Positions 11,796 through 25,773 of a DNA stretch of 64,000 nt are shown here, in pieces. The stretch is from Escherichia coli. Its GTDB lineage: Bacteria > Pseudomonadota > Gammaproteobacteria > Enterobacterales > Enterobacteriaceae. The stretch lies in assembly GCF_003334305.1 (NCBI RefSeq), contig NZ_QOWS01000018.1; one strand, written 5' to 3'. How positions within the stretch are numbered: position 1 is the first letter of the stretch; each line of letters opens with the position of its first letter. The notes beneath the pieces are model-generated. The model worked only from the letters and a program-made list of their open reading frames with translations. It was not told the origin of the DNA and made no database searches. A program made the translations under genes and the position numbers.

Positions 11796-12751
11796 AATTG
11801 TTTTCCTTCCAGTTGAGTGGGCTGCCAGATGCGCTGGCGAATATCGACTTTTTTCGGCACCAGACGATTTTCATAAAACAGATCTGCCGTTTGCTGCTGT
11901 AAGGCGGCAATCTCGGCGTTAACCGGTTTGATGGTGGTAGGAGGGCGATGATCTAAGTAAGAGGCAATCACCGGTGCCGGTAAGCCCATCGTTTTTGCCA
12001 GTAAAGCGATGCTTTGCTCGCGCTGGCTGCGGGTTAACGCATCGGCCTCACTAAAGGTTGCCAGTACGCCCTGAATAAAAGCGCCGTTTTTTTCTGCATA
12101 GGGGCGAGCTGCCAGATAAAACGATCCGGTTTGATTGAGATCGGTGCCGTCTTTCAACACCCGCACGCCGCCCTGTAATAACGCAGCGGAGTAGTAGGGA
12201 TCCCAGATAGCCCAGGCGTCAACGTTACCTTGCTGGAACGCGGCGCGGGCATCGGCAGGTGTCAGGTAAGTGGGTTGTATATCGGTAAACTTAAGTCCGG
12301 CCTGACGCAGTGCACGCAGTAAAAGGTTGTGTGAACTGGAACCTTTCTGAAAGGCAACTTTGTGACCTTTAAGATCGGCTACGGTTTTGATCGGGCTGTT
12401 TTCTGCCACCAGAATCACTTCGGCTTTGGGCTTCGGTGGCTCGACGCCCACATATACCAAATCAGCCCCGGCAGCCTGGGCAAAGATTGGCGGAATATCC
12501 CCGGTACTGCCGAGATCAATACTGCCAACGTTTAACGCTTCCAACATTTGCGGACCCGCGGGGAACTCCACCCAGGAGATTTTTGATTGCGGATAGCGTT
12601 TTTCCAGTAACTGGTGGCTTTTTGCCAGCACCATACCAATACTGCCTTTCTGATAGCCTATACGTAACGCTTCAGGCGAGGATTCTGCAGCAACCGCAAA
12701 AGTAGAGACGCTAAGCAATCCCGCCAGCGCCAGTTTAATGATGTTACGCAT
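11792..12751 (-). CDS. ssuA: Aliphatic sulfonate periplasmic binding protein
   Basis: Track ORF trimmed to [21 protein letters not shown] with signal peptide (319 aa); 4-bp overlap with ssuD. Confidence 0.93.
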   Translation of the reverse strand: MRNIIKLALAGLLSVSTFAVAAESSPEALRIGYQKGSIGMVLAKSHQLLEKRYPQSKISWVEFPAGPQMLEALNVGSIDLGSTGDIPPIFAQAAGADLVYVGVEPPKPKAEVILVAENSPIKTVADLKGHKVAFQKGSSSHNLLLRALRQAGLKFTDIQPTYLTPADARAAFQQGNVDAWAIWDPYYSAALLQGGVRVLKDGTDLNQTGSFYLAARPYAEKNGAFIQGVLATFSEADALTRSQREQSIALLAKTMGLPAPVIASYLDHRPPTTIKPVNAEIAALQQQTADLFYENRLVPKKVDIRQRIWQPTQLEGKQL

Positions 12752-13319
12752 GGACATTACCTCGCAGAGACAGAAGGTCAGGAACCTGAACATCGCGGCG
12801 GTGCAATGCCTGCCAGAAAGTTTCTAGCGCGGTATCAAGACGGGTTTGCAGATTTGGCGTGAACTGGGGTCTGTGATGGTAATCAATGACTTGTGAGTCA
12901 TCGGCAAACACGCCGTGCAGGATCTCCTGGGCTTTCAGTGCGCTTAAAACTGGTTTAAGGGCATAATCGACCGCCAGCAGATGGGCCACGGTACCGCCCG
13001 TCGCCAGCGGTAGCACCACTTTGCCTTGCAAAGCGCGCTCTGGCAGCAGGTCGAGCAGGGTTTTCAGCGCGCCGGAATAGGCGGCTTTATACACAGGTGT
13101 AGCGACTATCAGTCCATCAGCCTGTTGCAGCTGTTCGGTGAAGGTCTTGAGTGCCGGACTATCGAAACGAGCATAAAGCAGATCTTCCGGGGCGAAGTTT
13201 TGCAGATTCCAGTGATAAACCTCTACATCGAGGCCATTTAGTTTTTCCCGCGCATATTCCAGCAAGGAGCTGGAGCGAGAAGGAAAGCGAGGACTACCCG
13301 CCAGGGTGATGACACGCAT
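12744..13319 (-). CDS. ssuE: NADPH-dependent FMN reductase
   Basis: 191-aa ORF MRVITLAGSPRFPSRSSSLL; 8-bp overlap with the ssuA start. Confidence 0.95.
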   Translation of the reverse strand: MRVITLAGSPRFPSRSSSLLEYAREKLNGLDVEVYHWNLQNFAPEDLLYARFDSPALKTFTEQLQQADGLIVATPVYKAAYSGALKTLLDLLPERALQGKVVLPLATGGTVAHLLAVDYALKPVLSALKAQEILHGVFADDSQVIDYHHRPQFTPNLQTRLDTALETFWQALHRRDVQVPDLLSLRGNVHA

Positions 13320-13674
13320 ACTCTCTCCTTATAACCAATTGTTCTTTTTTTGTTAACATTGATAACAATTCGGTCAGTCTGTCGGAGAGACAAGAAAATG
13401 CCAAATATAAATTTTGTGTATCTTTTTCTGAAAATAAACTAAAGAAAGGGCTTTATATATCACGCATATTTATTTGTTGGATAGTCATTAGATGTTGAAT
13501 CAATGAATTACTCGTTCAGTTAATATTTAAATATTCATGAAATCTATAAATTAAAGATTTGTCACTTATTGGATTTAGTATGCTTGATTTAAATGGCGGT
13601 CAATTATTGTTATTATTAAGTCTAATGTCATTTAAAGGCATTATCATATTTACGAAGAGATCAGGATGATGACG
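13320..13674. promoter_or_regulatory. AT-rich divergent control region (ssuE promoter / elf fimbrial operon upstream)
   Basis: About 355 bp markedly more AT-rich than the flanking coding DNA, between divergent ssuE and elfA. No specific binding site was mapped. Confidence 0.4.
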
Positions 13675-14217
13675 ATGAAAAAAAGTGTATTGACGGCGTT
13701 TATAACTGTGGTATGTGCAACGTCCAGCGTTATGGCAGCTGATGATAATGCTATCACGGATGGCAAAGTAACATTTAATGGTAAAGTTATTGCTCCAGCT
13801 TGTACCCTGGTAGCTGCGACGAAAGATTCAGTAGTCACATTGCCAAATGTCAGCGCCACCAAGTTGCAAACTAATGGAGCAGTCTCTGGCGTTAAAACTG
13901 ATGTACCAATTGCCTTAGAAGGCTGTGATGTTACTGTAACTAAAAATGCGACGTTTACCTTTAGTGGTACGGCTGACGGCGTGCAACCTACAGCATTTGC
14001 CAACCAGGCTACCACCGATGCAGCGACGAATGTTGCTCTACAAATGTATCTGCCAGATGGTTCTACATCGGTAACTCCCGGTACCGAAACGTCGAATATT
14101 CAGTTAGCGGATTCTGCTGAGCAAACAGTGACCTTTAAAGTTGATTATATCGCTACGGGGAAAGCGACTTCTGGTAATGTGAATGCGGTAACAAATTTCC
14201 ATATTAACTATTATTAA
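13675..14217 (+). CDS. elfA: Fimbrial major subunit (chaperone-usher pilin)
   Basis: MKKSVLTAFITVVCATSSVMA signal peptide and a pilin-like C-terminus. Start chosen at the third ATG (AGGA 10 nt upstream); the other in-frame ATGs at 13666/13669 remain possible. Confidence 0.85.
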   Translation: MKKSVLTAFITVVCATSSVMAADDNAITDGKVTFNGKVIAPACTLVAATKDSVVTLPNVSATKLQTNGAVSGVKTDVPIALEGCDVTVTKNATFTFSGTADGVQPTAFANQATTDAATNVALQMYLPDGSTSVTPGTETSNIQLADSAEQTVTFKVDYIATGKATSGNVNAVTNFHINYY

Positions 14218-14248
14218 TAGAACTCATTAATTGTTTTATTAATTAGTA

Positions 14249-14288
14249 CCCCTCTAGTGTTCTGGAGGGGATATTCATATTTTTTAAG
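14249..14288 (+). terminator. Hairpin plus T-run after the pilin gene (possible partial terminator)
   Basis: cccctctag-tgtt-ctggagggg imperfect 9-bp stem followed by atattcatatttttt, between elfA and elfD. Confidence 0.45.
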
Positions 14289-14299
14289 AGTGACTATTT

Positions 14300-15001
14300 A
14301 TGAAAACTTGCATAACAAAGGGAATTGTGACCGTAAGTTTAACGGCAATATTACTCAGCTGCTCATCCGCATGGGCGGCAGGTAAAGGCGGGATTGGACT
14401 TGCAGCAACACGTCTTGTTTATTCAGAAGGTGAAGAGCAAATTTCACTGGGTGTACGTAACACCAGTCCGGATGTTCCTTATCTTATTCAGTCATGGGTG
14501 ATGACCCCAGATAATAAAAAATCAGCAGATTTTATTATTACACCACCGCTATTTGTGCTGAATCCGGCTAATGAGAATCTGTTACGCATTATGTACATTG
14601 GTGCGCCGTTGGCGAAAGACAGAGAAACCCTTTTCTTCACTAGCGTACGGGCAGTCCCTTCAACAACGAAGCGGGAAGAGGGAAATACCCTGAAGATTGC
14701 CACACAAAGCGTCATCAAACTTTTCTGGCGACCAAAAGGTTTAGCGTATCCCTTAGGCGAGGCTCCGGCGAAACTGCGTTGCACTTCGTCAGCTGACATG
14801 GTTACGGTCAGTAACCCAACACCTTATTTCATTACCCTGACAGACCTGAAAATAGGTGGAAAAGTAGTTAAAAATCAAATGATTTCCCCCTTTGATAAAT
14901 ACCAATTTTCTCTGCCAAAGGGGGCCAAAAATAGCAGCGTAACGTATCGAACCATCAATGACTACGGGGCGGAAACGCCGCAACTCAACTGTAAATCGTA
15001 A
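14300..15001 (+). CDS. elfD: Periplasmic fimbrial chaperone
   Basis: 233 aa with signal peptide; PapD-like chaperone. Confidence 0.92.
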   Translation: MKTCITKGIVTVSLTAILLSCSSAWAAGKGGIGLAATRLVYSEGEEQISLGVRNTSPDVPYLIQSWVMTPDNKKSADFIITPPLFVLNPANENLLRIMYIGAPLAKDRETLFFTSVRAVPSTTKREEGNTLKIATQSVIKLFWRPKGLAYPLGEAPAKLRCTSSADMVTVSNPTPYFITLTDLKIGGKVVKNQMISPFDKYQFSLPKGAKNSSVTYRTINDYGAETPQLNCKS

Positions 15002-15025
15002 GCCGTCTTCAGTTAAGAGAGCGAG

Positions 15026-18687
<3,662 letters not shown>

Positions 18688-18698
18688 CGCGTGAACGT

Positions 18699-19241
18699 AT
18701 GAAGAAAAAAACGATATTTCAGTGCGTTATCTTGTTCTTTAGCATTCTTAACATCCATGTCGGGATGGCTGGGCCTGAACAAGTTAGTATGCATATTTAT
18801 GGGAATGTGGTCGATCAGGGCTGTGATGTCGCCACCAAAAGTGCATTACAAAATATTCATATTGGTGATTTTAATATCAGTGATTTTCAGGCCGCGAATA
18901 CCGTAAGCACTGCTGCTGATTTGAATATCGATATCACCGGTTGTGCCGCTGGTATTACTGGCGCGGACGTCCTTTTTAGCGGCGAGGCTGACACCCTTGC
19001 GCCGACACTGCTCAAACTAACTGACACAGGCGGAAGCGGTGGTATGGCAACGGGGATTGCCGTGCAAATTCTTGATGCGCAAAGTCAGCAAGAAATCCCG
19101 CTCAATCAGATCCAGCCTCTTACGCCCTTAAAAGCCGGGGATAACACACTCAAATATCAACTTCGTTATAAGTCCACAAAGGCGGGAGCAACGGGCGGTA
19201 ATGCGACGGCGGTTCTCTATTTTGATCTGGTTTACCAGTGA
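18699..19241 (+). CDS. ycbU: Fimbrial-like minor subunit
   Basis: 180 aa with signal peptide; pilin fold. Confidence 0.88.
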   Translation: MKKKTIFQCVILFFSILNIHVGMAGPEQVSMHIYGNVVDQGCDVATKSALQNIHIGDFNISDFQAANTVSTAADLNIDITGCAAGITGADVLFSGEADTLAPTLLKLTDTGGSGGMATGIAVQILDAQSQQEIPLNQIQPLTPLKAGDNTLKYQLRYKSTKAGATGGNATAVLYFDLVYQ

Positions 19242-19248
19242 AGGAGTG

Positions 19249-19764
19249 ATGTTGAAACGGATAATCTGGATTCTGTTCTTACTGGGATTAACGGGGGGCT
19301 GTGAGCTATTTGCCCATGATGGCACAGTCAACATTAGCGGATCGTTTCGCCGTAATACATGCGTGCTGGCACAGGATAGCAAGCAAATCAATGTGCAGTT
19401 AGGCGATGTCTCGCTGACACGTTTTTTTCATGGGAATTATGGCCCGGAGAAATCTTTCATCATTAATTTGCAGGATTGCGGAACAGATGTCAGCACGGTT
19501 GACGTCACCTTTTCAGGAACCCCCGACGGAGTGCAGAGCGAAATGCTGTCCATTGAAAGTGGTACGGATGCAGCCAGCGGGCTGGCAATTGCGATTCTGG
19601 ATGATGCGAAGATATTGATTCCGCTTAACCAGGCGAGTAAAGACTACAGCCTACATAGCGGTAAGGTGCCATTAACTTTTTATGCGCAATTGCGACCTGT
19701 CAATAGCGATGTGCAGTCGGGTAAAGTGAATGCCAGCGCGACATTTGTACTTCATTATGACTAA
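19249..19764 (+). CDS. ycbV: Fimbrial-like minor subunit
   Basis: Track ORF trimmed to MLKRIIWILFLLGLTGGCELFA (171 aa); AAGGAG 3 nt upstream of this ATG. Confidence 0.85.
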   Translation: MLKRIIWILFLLGLTGGCELFAHDGTVNISGSFRRNTCVLAQDSKQINVQLGDVSLTRFFHGNYGPEKSFIINLQDCGTDVSTVDVTFSGTPDGVQSEMLSIESGTDAASGLAIAILDDAKILIPLNQASKDYSLHSGKVPLTFYAQLRPVNSDVQSGKVNASATFVLHYD

Positions 19765-20467
19765 TACGTGGAACAGATTGGCGCTCTTGATTTTCGCCGT
19801 TTTATCGCTGCTGGTGGCGGGTGAATTGCGGGCAGGAGTGGTGGTCGGCGGAACGCGATTTATCTTTCCGGCAGACAGAGAATCGATATCTATTTTACTG
19901 ACTAATACCAGTCAGGAATCCTGGCTTATTAACAGTAAAATCAACCGCCCAACGCGTTGGGCCGGGGGGGAAGCGTCGACAGTGCCAGCACCATTACTGG
20001 CCGCTCCGCCACTTATTCTCCTGAAGCCCGGTACTACAGGCACGTTGCGCTTGCTGAGAACGGAAAGCGACATCTTGCCTGTGGATCGCGAAACGCTATT
20101 TGAGTTAAGCATTGCCAGCGTGCCATCCGGCAAAGTTGAAAATCAGAGCGTAAAAGTGGCGATGCGCTCGGTATTTAAACTGTTCTGGCGACCCGAAGGT
20201 TTGCCGGGCGACCCGCTGGAAGCTTATCAACAATTACGCTGGACACGGAATTCGCAGGGTGTACAACTCACTAACCCAACGCCTTACTACATTAACCTGA
20301 TTCAGTTGAGCGTAAATGGTAAAGCGTTAAGTAATGCGGGAGTTGTGCCGCCTAAAAGCCAGCGTCAGACAAGCTGGTGTCAGGCAATCGCACCGTGTCA
20401 TGTCGCCTGGCGGGCGATAAATGATTACGGCGGGTTGAGTGCAAAGAAGGAGCAAAATCTGCCCTGA
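19757..20467 (+). CDS. ycbF: Second periplasmic fimbrial chaperone of the operon
   Basis: Track ORF trimmed to MTNTWNRLALLIFAVLSLLVA (236 aa); PapD-like; start overlaps the ycbV stop. Confidence 0.85.
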   Translation: MTNTWNRLALLIFAVLSLLVAGELRAGVVVGGTRFIFPADRESISILLTNTSQESWLINSKINRPTRWAGGEASTVPAPLLAAPPLILLKPGTTGTLRLLRTESDILPVDRETLFELSIASVPSGKVENQSVKVAMRSVFKLFWRPEGLPGDPLEAYQQLRWTRNSQGVQLTNPTPYYINLIQLSVNGKALSNAGVVPPKSQRQTSWCQAIAPCHVAWRAINDYGGLSAKKEQNLP

Positions 20468-20476
20468 AACAGGTTC

Positions 20477-20492
20477 GGAAAACGTTTGCGTT
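20477..20492. promoter_or_regulatory. Candidate PurR operator upstream of pyrD
   Basis: ggAAAACGTTTGCGtt contains the conserved AAACGTTTGCG core of the pur box; pyrD is a reported PurR target. Confidence 0.5.
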
Positions 20493-20577
20493 TTTTTTGC
20501 CGCAGGTCAATTCCCTTTTGGTCCGAACTCGCACATAATACGCCCCCGGTTTGCACACCGGGAATCCAGGAGAGTTC

Positions 20578-21588
20578 ATGTACTACCCCTTCGTTCGTAA
20601 AGCCCTTTTCCAGCTCGATCCAGAGCGCGCTCATGAGTTTACTTTTCAGCAATTACGCCGTATTACAGGAACGCCGTTTGAAGCACTGGTGCGGCAGAAA
20701 GTGCCTGCGAAACCTGTTAACTGCATGGGCCTGACGTTTAAAAATCCGCTTGGTCTGGCAGCCGGTCTTGATAAAGACGGGGAGTGCATTGACGCGTTAG
20801 GCGCGATGGGATTTGGATCGATCGAGATCGGTACCGTCACGCCACGTCCACAGCCAGGTAATGACAAGCCGCGTCTCTTTCGTCTGGTAGATGCCGAAGG
20901 TTTGATCAACCGTATGGGCTTTAATAATCTTGGCGTTGATAACCTCGTAGAGAACGTAAAAAAGGCCCATTATGACGGCGTCCTGGGTATTAACATCGGC
21001 AAAAATAAAGATACTCCAGTGGAGCAGGGCAAAGATGACTATCTGATTTGTATGGAAAAAATCTATGCCTATGCGGGATATATCGCCATCAATATTTCAT
21101 CGCCGAATACCCCAGGATTACGCACGCTGCAATATGGTGAAGCGCTGGATGATCTCTTAACCGCGATTAAAAATAAGCAAAATGATTTGCAAGCGATGCA
21201 CCATAAATATGTGCCGATCGCAGTGAAGATCGCGCCGGATCTTTCTGAAGAAGAATTGATCCAGGTTGCCGATAGTTTAGTTCGCCATAATATTGATGGC
21301 GTTATTGCAACCAATACCACACTCGATCGTTCTCTTGTTCAGGGAATGAAAAATTGCGATCAAACCGGTGGCTTAAGTGGTCGTCCGCTTCAGTTAAAAA
21401 GCACCGAAATTATTCGCCGCTTGTCACTGGAATTAAACGGTCGCTTACCGATCATCGGTGTTGGCGGCATCGACTCGGTTATCGCTGCGCGTGAAAAGAT
21501 TGCTGCGGGTGCCTCACTGGTGCAAATTTATTCTGGTTTTATTTTTAAAGGTCCGCCGCTGATTAAAGAAATCGTTACCCATATCTAA
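20578..21588 (+). CDS. pyrD: Dihydroorotate dehydrogenase (quinone)
   Basis: Track ORF begins at a TTG; trimmed to the ATG giving [21 protein letters not shown] (336 aa). Confidence 0.95.
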
Positions 21589-21620
21589 TTATTTCTTCGA
21601 ATTCCTCTTTATAAGATAAT

Positions 21621-21655
21621 CAGGGCTTTATTTTCAGCCCTGGTTGTTTTATATT
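21621..21655 (+). terminator. pyrD intrinsic terminator
   Basis: Stem cagggct/agccctg, loop ttattttc, then gttgttttatatt. Confidence 0.6.
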
Positions 21656-21761
21656 CATCGCTGTTGCTTATTTAGACATTTTGTACTTTTATTGTTGAGG
21701 TTATTAAGCGAAGCGACAATGGATTGTGTTGCTGCGGTTTTATAGGGTAGGGGAGAGGCAG

Positions 21762-22304
21762 ATGCGAATTAAACCAGACGATAACTGGCGTTGGTATTAC
21801 GATGAAGAGCACGATCGAATGATGCTCGATTTAGCCAATGGTATGCTATTTCGCTCACGTTTTGCGCGCAAGATGTTGACTCCAGATGCCTTTTCTCCCG
21901 CAGGCTTTTGCGTTGACGACGCCGCGCTCTATTTCTCTTTTGAAGAAAAGTGCCGCGATTTTAATTTATCTAAAGAACAAAAAGCCGAACTGGTGCTGAA
22001 TGCACTGGTAGCAATTCGCTATCTCAAACCGCAAATGCCGAAAAGCTGGCATTTTGTTTCCCATGGTGAAATGTGGGTGCCCATGCCGGGCGATGCGGCC
22101 TGCGTTTGGTTGAGCGATACTCACGAGCAGGTCAATTTGCTGGTCGTTGAATCTGGCGAAAATGCCGCACTATGCCTGCTGGCACAACCCTGCGTTGTTA
22201 TTGCGGGTCGCGCGATGCAGTTGGGCGACGCCATTAAAATCATGAACGACAGGCTGAAACCGCAGGTTAATGTTGACAGCTTCAGCCTCGAACAGGCTGT
22301 CTAA
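21762..22304 (+). CDS. zapC: Cell division protein ZapC (FtsZ-associated)
   Basis: Track ORF trimmed to [24 protein letters not shown] (180 aa). Confidence 0.9.
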   Translation: MRIKPDDNWRWYYDEEHDRMMLDLANGMLFRSRFARKMLTPDAFSPAGFCVDDAALYFSFEEKCRDFNLSKEQKAELVLNALVAIRYLKPQMPKSWHFVSHGEMWVPMPGDAACVWLSDTHEQVNLLVVESGENAALCLLAQPCVVIAGRAMQLGDAIKIMNDRLKPQVNVDSFSLEQAV

Positions 22305-23410
22305 CGCGCCAACTTAAGTGCAGTCTTCGGTACACAGCTACAGCAAAGAATGGTGCCATCATCGCCCATTGCTGATTTTTTCAGCGGCGTGACTTCGCCT
22401 TCTAAAAGCTGAACACGGCAACTTCCACAAATGCCCGCGCGGCAAGAATAAGGGATACGAATTCCCTGATTTTCTAATTGCTCCAGCAACACCTGTTGGT
22501 TATTTCCACGAAATGCCTGTCCCTGCCAGTCAATATCTACATTTGCGTCCGGTTGTTGCGTGATGTTGGCGGTATCATCAGCGGCAGCTGCGCCGTAAAT
22601 TTTTGCCGGAGCCGTTGCCAGAATTTCCACCTCATCGCCAACGCGAATCACGCCGCTATTACGGGCAATTAAATTCTGACCAAAATCGACATCGCCGTTA
22701 TCCTGGGCAGTGCGGAAAGATTGCAATGTTTTTAATGGTTCGCCTGCCGGATGTTTTTGCCCTTTTTCTGGGCTGACGGTGGTGAAAATACAGCGGCTAC
22801 AAGGTTTAACCACATCAAACACCACATCACCAATGCGAATCACTTTCCAGCTATCTTCTTCCCAGGCTGACGCGCCGGAAACCACCAGATTGGGGCGGAA
22901 TTGCTCCATTTTTACACTGGCCGGACAACGTTGTTGGAGATCACGTAACGAGGCTTCGTTAGCAAGAAGGTAAGGATAGCCATCAGCAAATGACAGGGGT
23001 ACAGTGTTGTGGCGTTTCACGCGCCGGGTCATTTGTGGCCCCACCCAGCGTAATTGCACTTCGCGGGAGAAAAATCCACTTAGCCATTTGTTGATCGCGT
23101 CTGGCGCAATTCGCGCGGTAAAATGTGTGCCCCAAACTTCGGTTGGTGCGTCTTGTGTGGCGAAATCAGCAAAACGAACATATGCGCTACTGCCATCTGG
23201 TGCGGTGAGATGCAAGCCATCATGCACAGGTGAAGGAGTAAACCGTACCATCTGGGGAAACTGGCGAGCGGTAATAAACGTACCGTCAGGTTCCGTGATC
23301 ATAAAGATGCGATCGAAGGCCAGACCACTGACATCAGCCAGAGCATGTGTAAGACCAATGCCGCGCATCGATTTAACAGGATGAATAAAAAGCCGGGTTA
23401 ATGTCGCCAC
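22301..23410 (-). CDS. ycbX: MOSC-domain protein with C-terminal 2Fe-2S ferredoxin domain
   Basis: 369 aa; C-terminal cysteine cluster [11 protein letters not shown]...CCSC typical of plant-type ferredoxins; 4-bp convergent overlap with zapC. Confidence 0.92.
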   Translation of the reverse strand: MATLTRLFIHPVKSMRGIGLTHALADVSGLAFDRIFMITEPDGTFITARQFPQMVRFTPSPVHDGLHLTAPDGSSAYVRFADFATQDAPTEVWGTHFTARIAPDAINKWLSGFFSREVQLRWVGPQMTRRVKRHNTVPLSFADGYPYLLANEASLRDLQQRCPASVKMEQFRPNLVVSGASAWEEDSWKVIRIGDVVFDVVKPCSRCIFTTVSPEKGQKHPAGEPLKTLQSFRTAQDNGDVDFGQNLIARNSGVIRVGDEVEILATAPAKIYGAAAADDTANITQQPDANVDIDWQGQAFRGNNQQVLLEQLENQGIRIPYSCRAGICGSCRVQLLEGEVTPLKKSAMGDDGTILCCSCVPKTALKLAR

Positions 23411-23653
23411 GGTGCGGTCCTCAAATGAAAATAAGCCCTCAACTTTATGACATGACGCGCTTATTAGCTATAATGCGCAACAATTTTCTTAGCGCCTGTC
23501 CCATTAGGCTATTTTATTTGTCAGTTTGGCCCTGGGTTGTGCTCGAAATCCTCACGTACTTGTGTACGCTCCGGTTTCTCCGCGCTGTCCATGTCCAGAC
23601 TGACTGCAACAATTACGCCTACTGCGGTAGGCTCTTAGAGTAAAAGTGACGAT

Positions 23654-25762
23654 ATGAATTCTCTGTTTGCCAGTACGGCCCGTGGGCTGGAAGAGCTGTT
23701 AAAAACTGAACTGGAAAACCTGGGGGCCGTTGAATGCCAGGTGGTTCAGGGTGGGGTCCATTTCAAGGGCGACACACGGCTTGTTTACCAGAGCCTGATG
23801 TGGAGCCGCCTGGCCTCGCGTATTATGTTGCCGCTGGGCGAGTGTAAGGTTTACAGCGATTTAGACCTCTATCTCGGTGTTCAGGCGATCAACTGGACAG
23901 AGATGTTTAATCCTGGCGCGACCTTCGCTGTCCACTTCAGTGGTTTGAATGACACCATCCGCAACAGTCAGTACGGCGCGATGAAAGTGAAAGACGCGAT
24001 CGTCGATGCTTTCACGCGGAAAAATCTGCCGCGTCCAAATGTTGATCGCGATGCGCCGGATATCCGCGTTAACGTCTGGCTGCATAAAGAAACCGCCAGT
24101 ATCGCTCTTGATCTGAGTGGTGATGGTTTACATCTGCGTGGCTATCGCGATCGTGCTGGTATTGCGCCGATCAAAGAAACCCTGGCAGCCGCTATTGTGA
24201 TGCGATCCGGCTGGCAGCCAGGAACACCGCTGCTCGATCCGATGTGTGGTTCCGGTACGTTGCTGATTGAAGCGGCGATGCTAGCGACCGATCGCGCACC
24301 AGGCTTGCACCGTGGGCGTTGGGGCTTTAGCGGCTGGGTGCAGCATGATGAAGATATCTGGCAGGAAGTGAAAGCGGAAGCGCAAACTCGTGCCCGTAAA
24401 GGCCTGGCTGAGTATAGCTCTCATTTTTACGGTTCGGACAGCGACGCACGGGTGATTCAACGTGCGCGCACTAACGCCCGTCTTGCGGGGATTGGTGAAC
24501 TGATCACCTTTGAGGTGAAAGATGTCGCGCAACTGACCAATCCGCTGCCGAAAGGGCCGTACGGCACAGTGTTGAGCAACCCGCCATACGGGGAACGTCT
24601 GGACAGCGAACCGGCGCTGATTGCGCTGCATAGCCTGCTGGGTCGGATCATGAAAAACCAGTTTGGTGGCTGGAATCTCTCTTTGTTTAGTGCCTCGCCG
24701 GATCTGCTAAGCTGCTTGCAGCTGCGTGCAGACAAACAGTACAAGGCGAAAAACGGCCCGCTGGACTGCGTACAGAAAAATTACCACGTTGCCGAAAGCA
24801 CTCCAGACAGCAAACCGGCGATGGTAGCGGAAGACTACGCCAACCGCCTGCGTAAGAACCTCAAAAAATTCGAGAAGTGGGCTCGCCAGGAAGGAATTGA
24901 ATGTTACCGCCTGTATGACGCCGATCTACCGGAATATAACGTTGCCGTTGACCGTTATGCCGACTGGGTGGTGGTGCAGGAGTATGCGCCGCCAAAAACT
25001 ATTGATGCTCACAAAGCGCGTCAGCGTCTGTTCGATATTATCGCTGCAACCATTTCGGTACTGGGGATTGCGCCAAACAAACTGGTGCTGAAAACCCGTG
25101 AACGCCAGAAGGGCAAAAATCAGTACCAGAAACTGGGCGAGAAGGGCGAGTTTCTTGAAGTTACCGAATATAACGCTCACTTGTTGGTGAACCTGACGGA
25201 TTACCTCGATACCGGTCTGTTTCTCGATCACCGTATCGCCCGTCGTATGCTCGGTCAGATGAGCAAAGGCAAAGATTTCCTCAACCTGTTCTCTTATACC
25301 GGCAGCGCCACCGTGCATGCGGGATTAGGCGGTGCACGCAGCACCACCACCGTGGATATGTCGCGTACTTATCTGGAGTGGGCAGAACGCAACCTGCGTT
25401 TGAATGGCCTGACCGGGCGTGCGCATCGCCTGATTCAGGCCGATTGCCTGGCGTGGCTGCGTGAGGCAAATGAACAGTTCGATCTGATCTTTATCGATCC
25501 GCCAACCTTCTCTAACTCAAAACGAATGGAAGATGCGTTTGATGTTCAGCGCGATCATCTGGCGCTGATGAAAGATTTGAAACGTCTGCTGCGTGCAGGT
25601 GGGACGATCATGTTCTCGAACAATAAACGTGGCTTTCGTATGGATCTCGACGGCCTGGCAAAACTGGGACTGAAAGCACAAGAAATTACGCAAAAAACGC
25701 TCTCCCAGGATTTCGCCCGTAACCGCCAGATCCACAACTGCTGGCTGATTACCGCAGCCTGA
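23654..25762 (+). CDS. rlmL: Bifunctional 23S rRNA methyltransferase (m2G2445 / m7G2069)
   Basis: 702 aa; SAM-binding motifs DPMCGSGT (N-terminal half) and a second methyltransferase domain in the C-terminal half. Confidence 0.93.
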   Translation: MNSLFASTARGLEELLKTELENLGAVECQVVQGGVHFKGDTRLVYQSLMWSRLASRIMLPLGECKVYSDLDLYLGVQAINWTEMFNPGATFAVHFSGLNDTIRNSQYGAMKVKDAIVDAFTRKNLPRPNVDRDAPDIRVNVWLHKETASIALDLSGDGLHLRGYRDRAGIAPIKETLAAAIVMRSGWQPGTPLLDPMCGSGTLLIEAAMLATDRAPGLHRGRWGFSGWVQHDEDIWQEVKAEAQTRARKGLAEYSSHFYGSDSDARVIQRARTNARLAGIGELITFEVKDVAQLTNPLPKGPYGTVLSNPPYGERLDSEPALIALHSLLGRIMKNQFGGWNLSLFSASPDLLSCLQLRADKQYKAKNGPLDCVQKNYHVAESTPDSKPAMVAEDYANRLRKNLKKFEKWARQEGIECYRLYDADLPEYNVAVDRYADWVVVQEYAPPKTIDAHKARQRLFDIIAATISVLGIAPNKLVLKTRERQKGKNQYQKLGEKGEFLEVTEYNAHLLVNLTDYLDTGLFLDHRIARRMLGQMSKGKDFLNLFSYTGSATVHAGLGGARSTTTVDMSRTYLEWAERNLRLNGLTGRAHRLIQADCLAWLREANEQFDLIFIDPPTFSNSKRMEDAFDVQRDHLALMKDLKRLLRAGGTIMFSNNKRGFRMDLDGLAKLGLKAQEITQKTLSQDFARNRQIHNCWLITAA

Positions 25763-25773
25763 AAGGAATAGTA

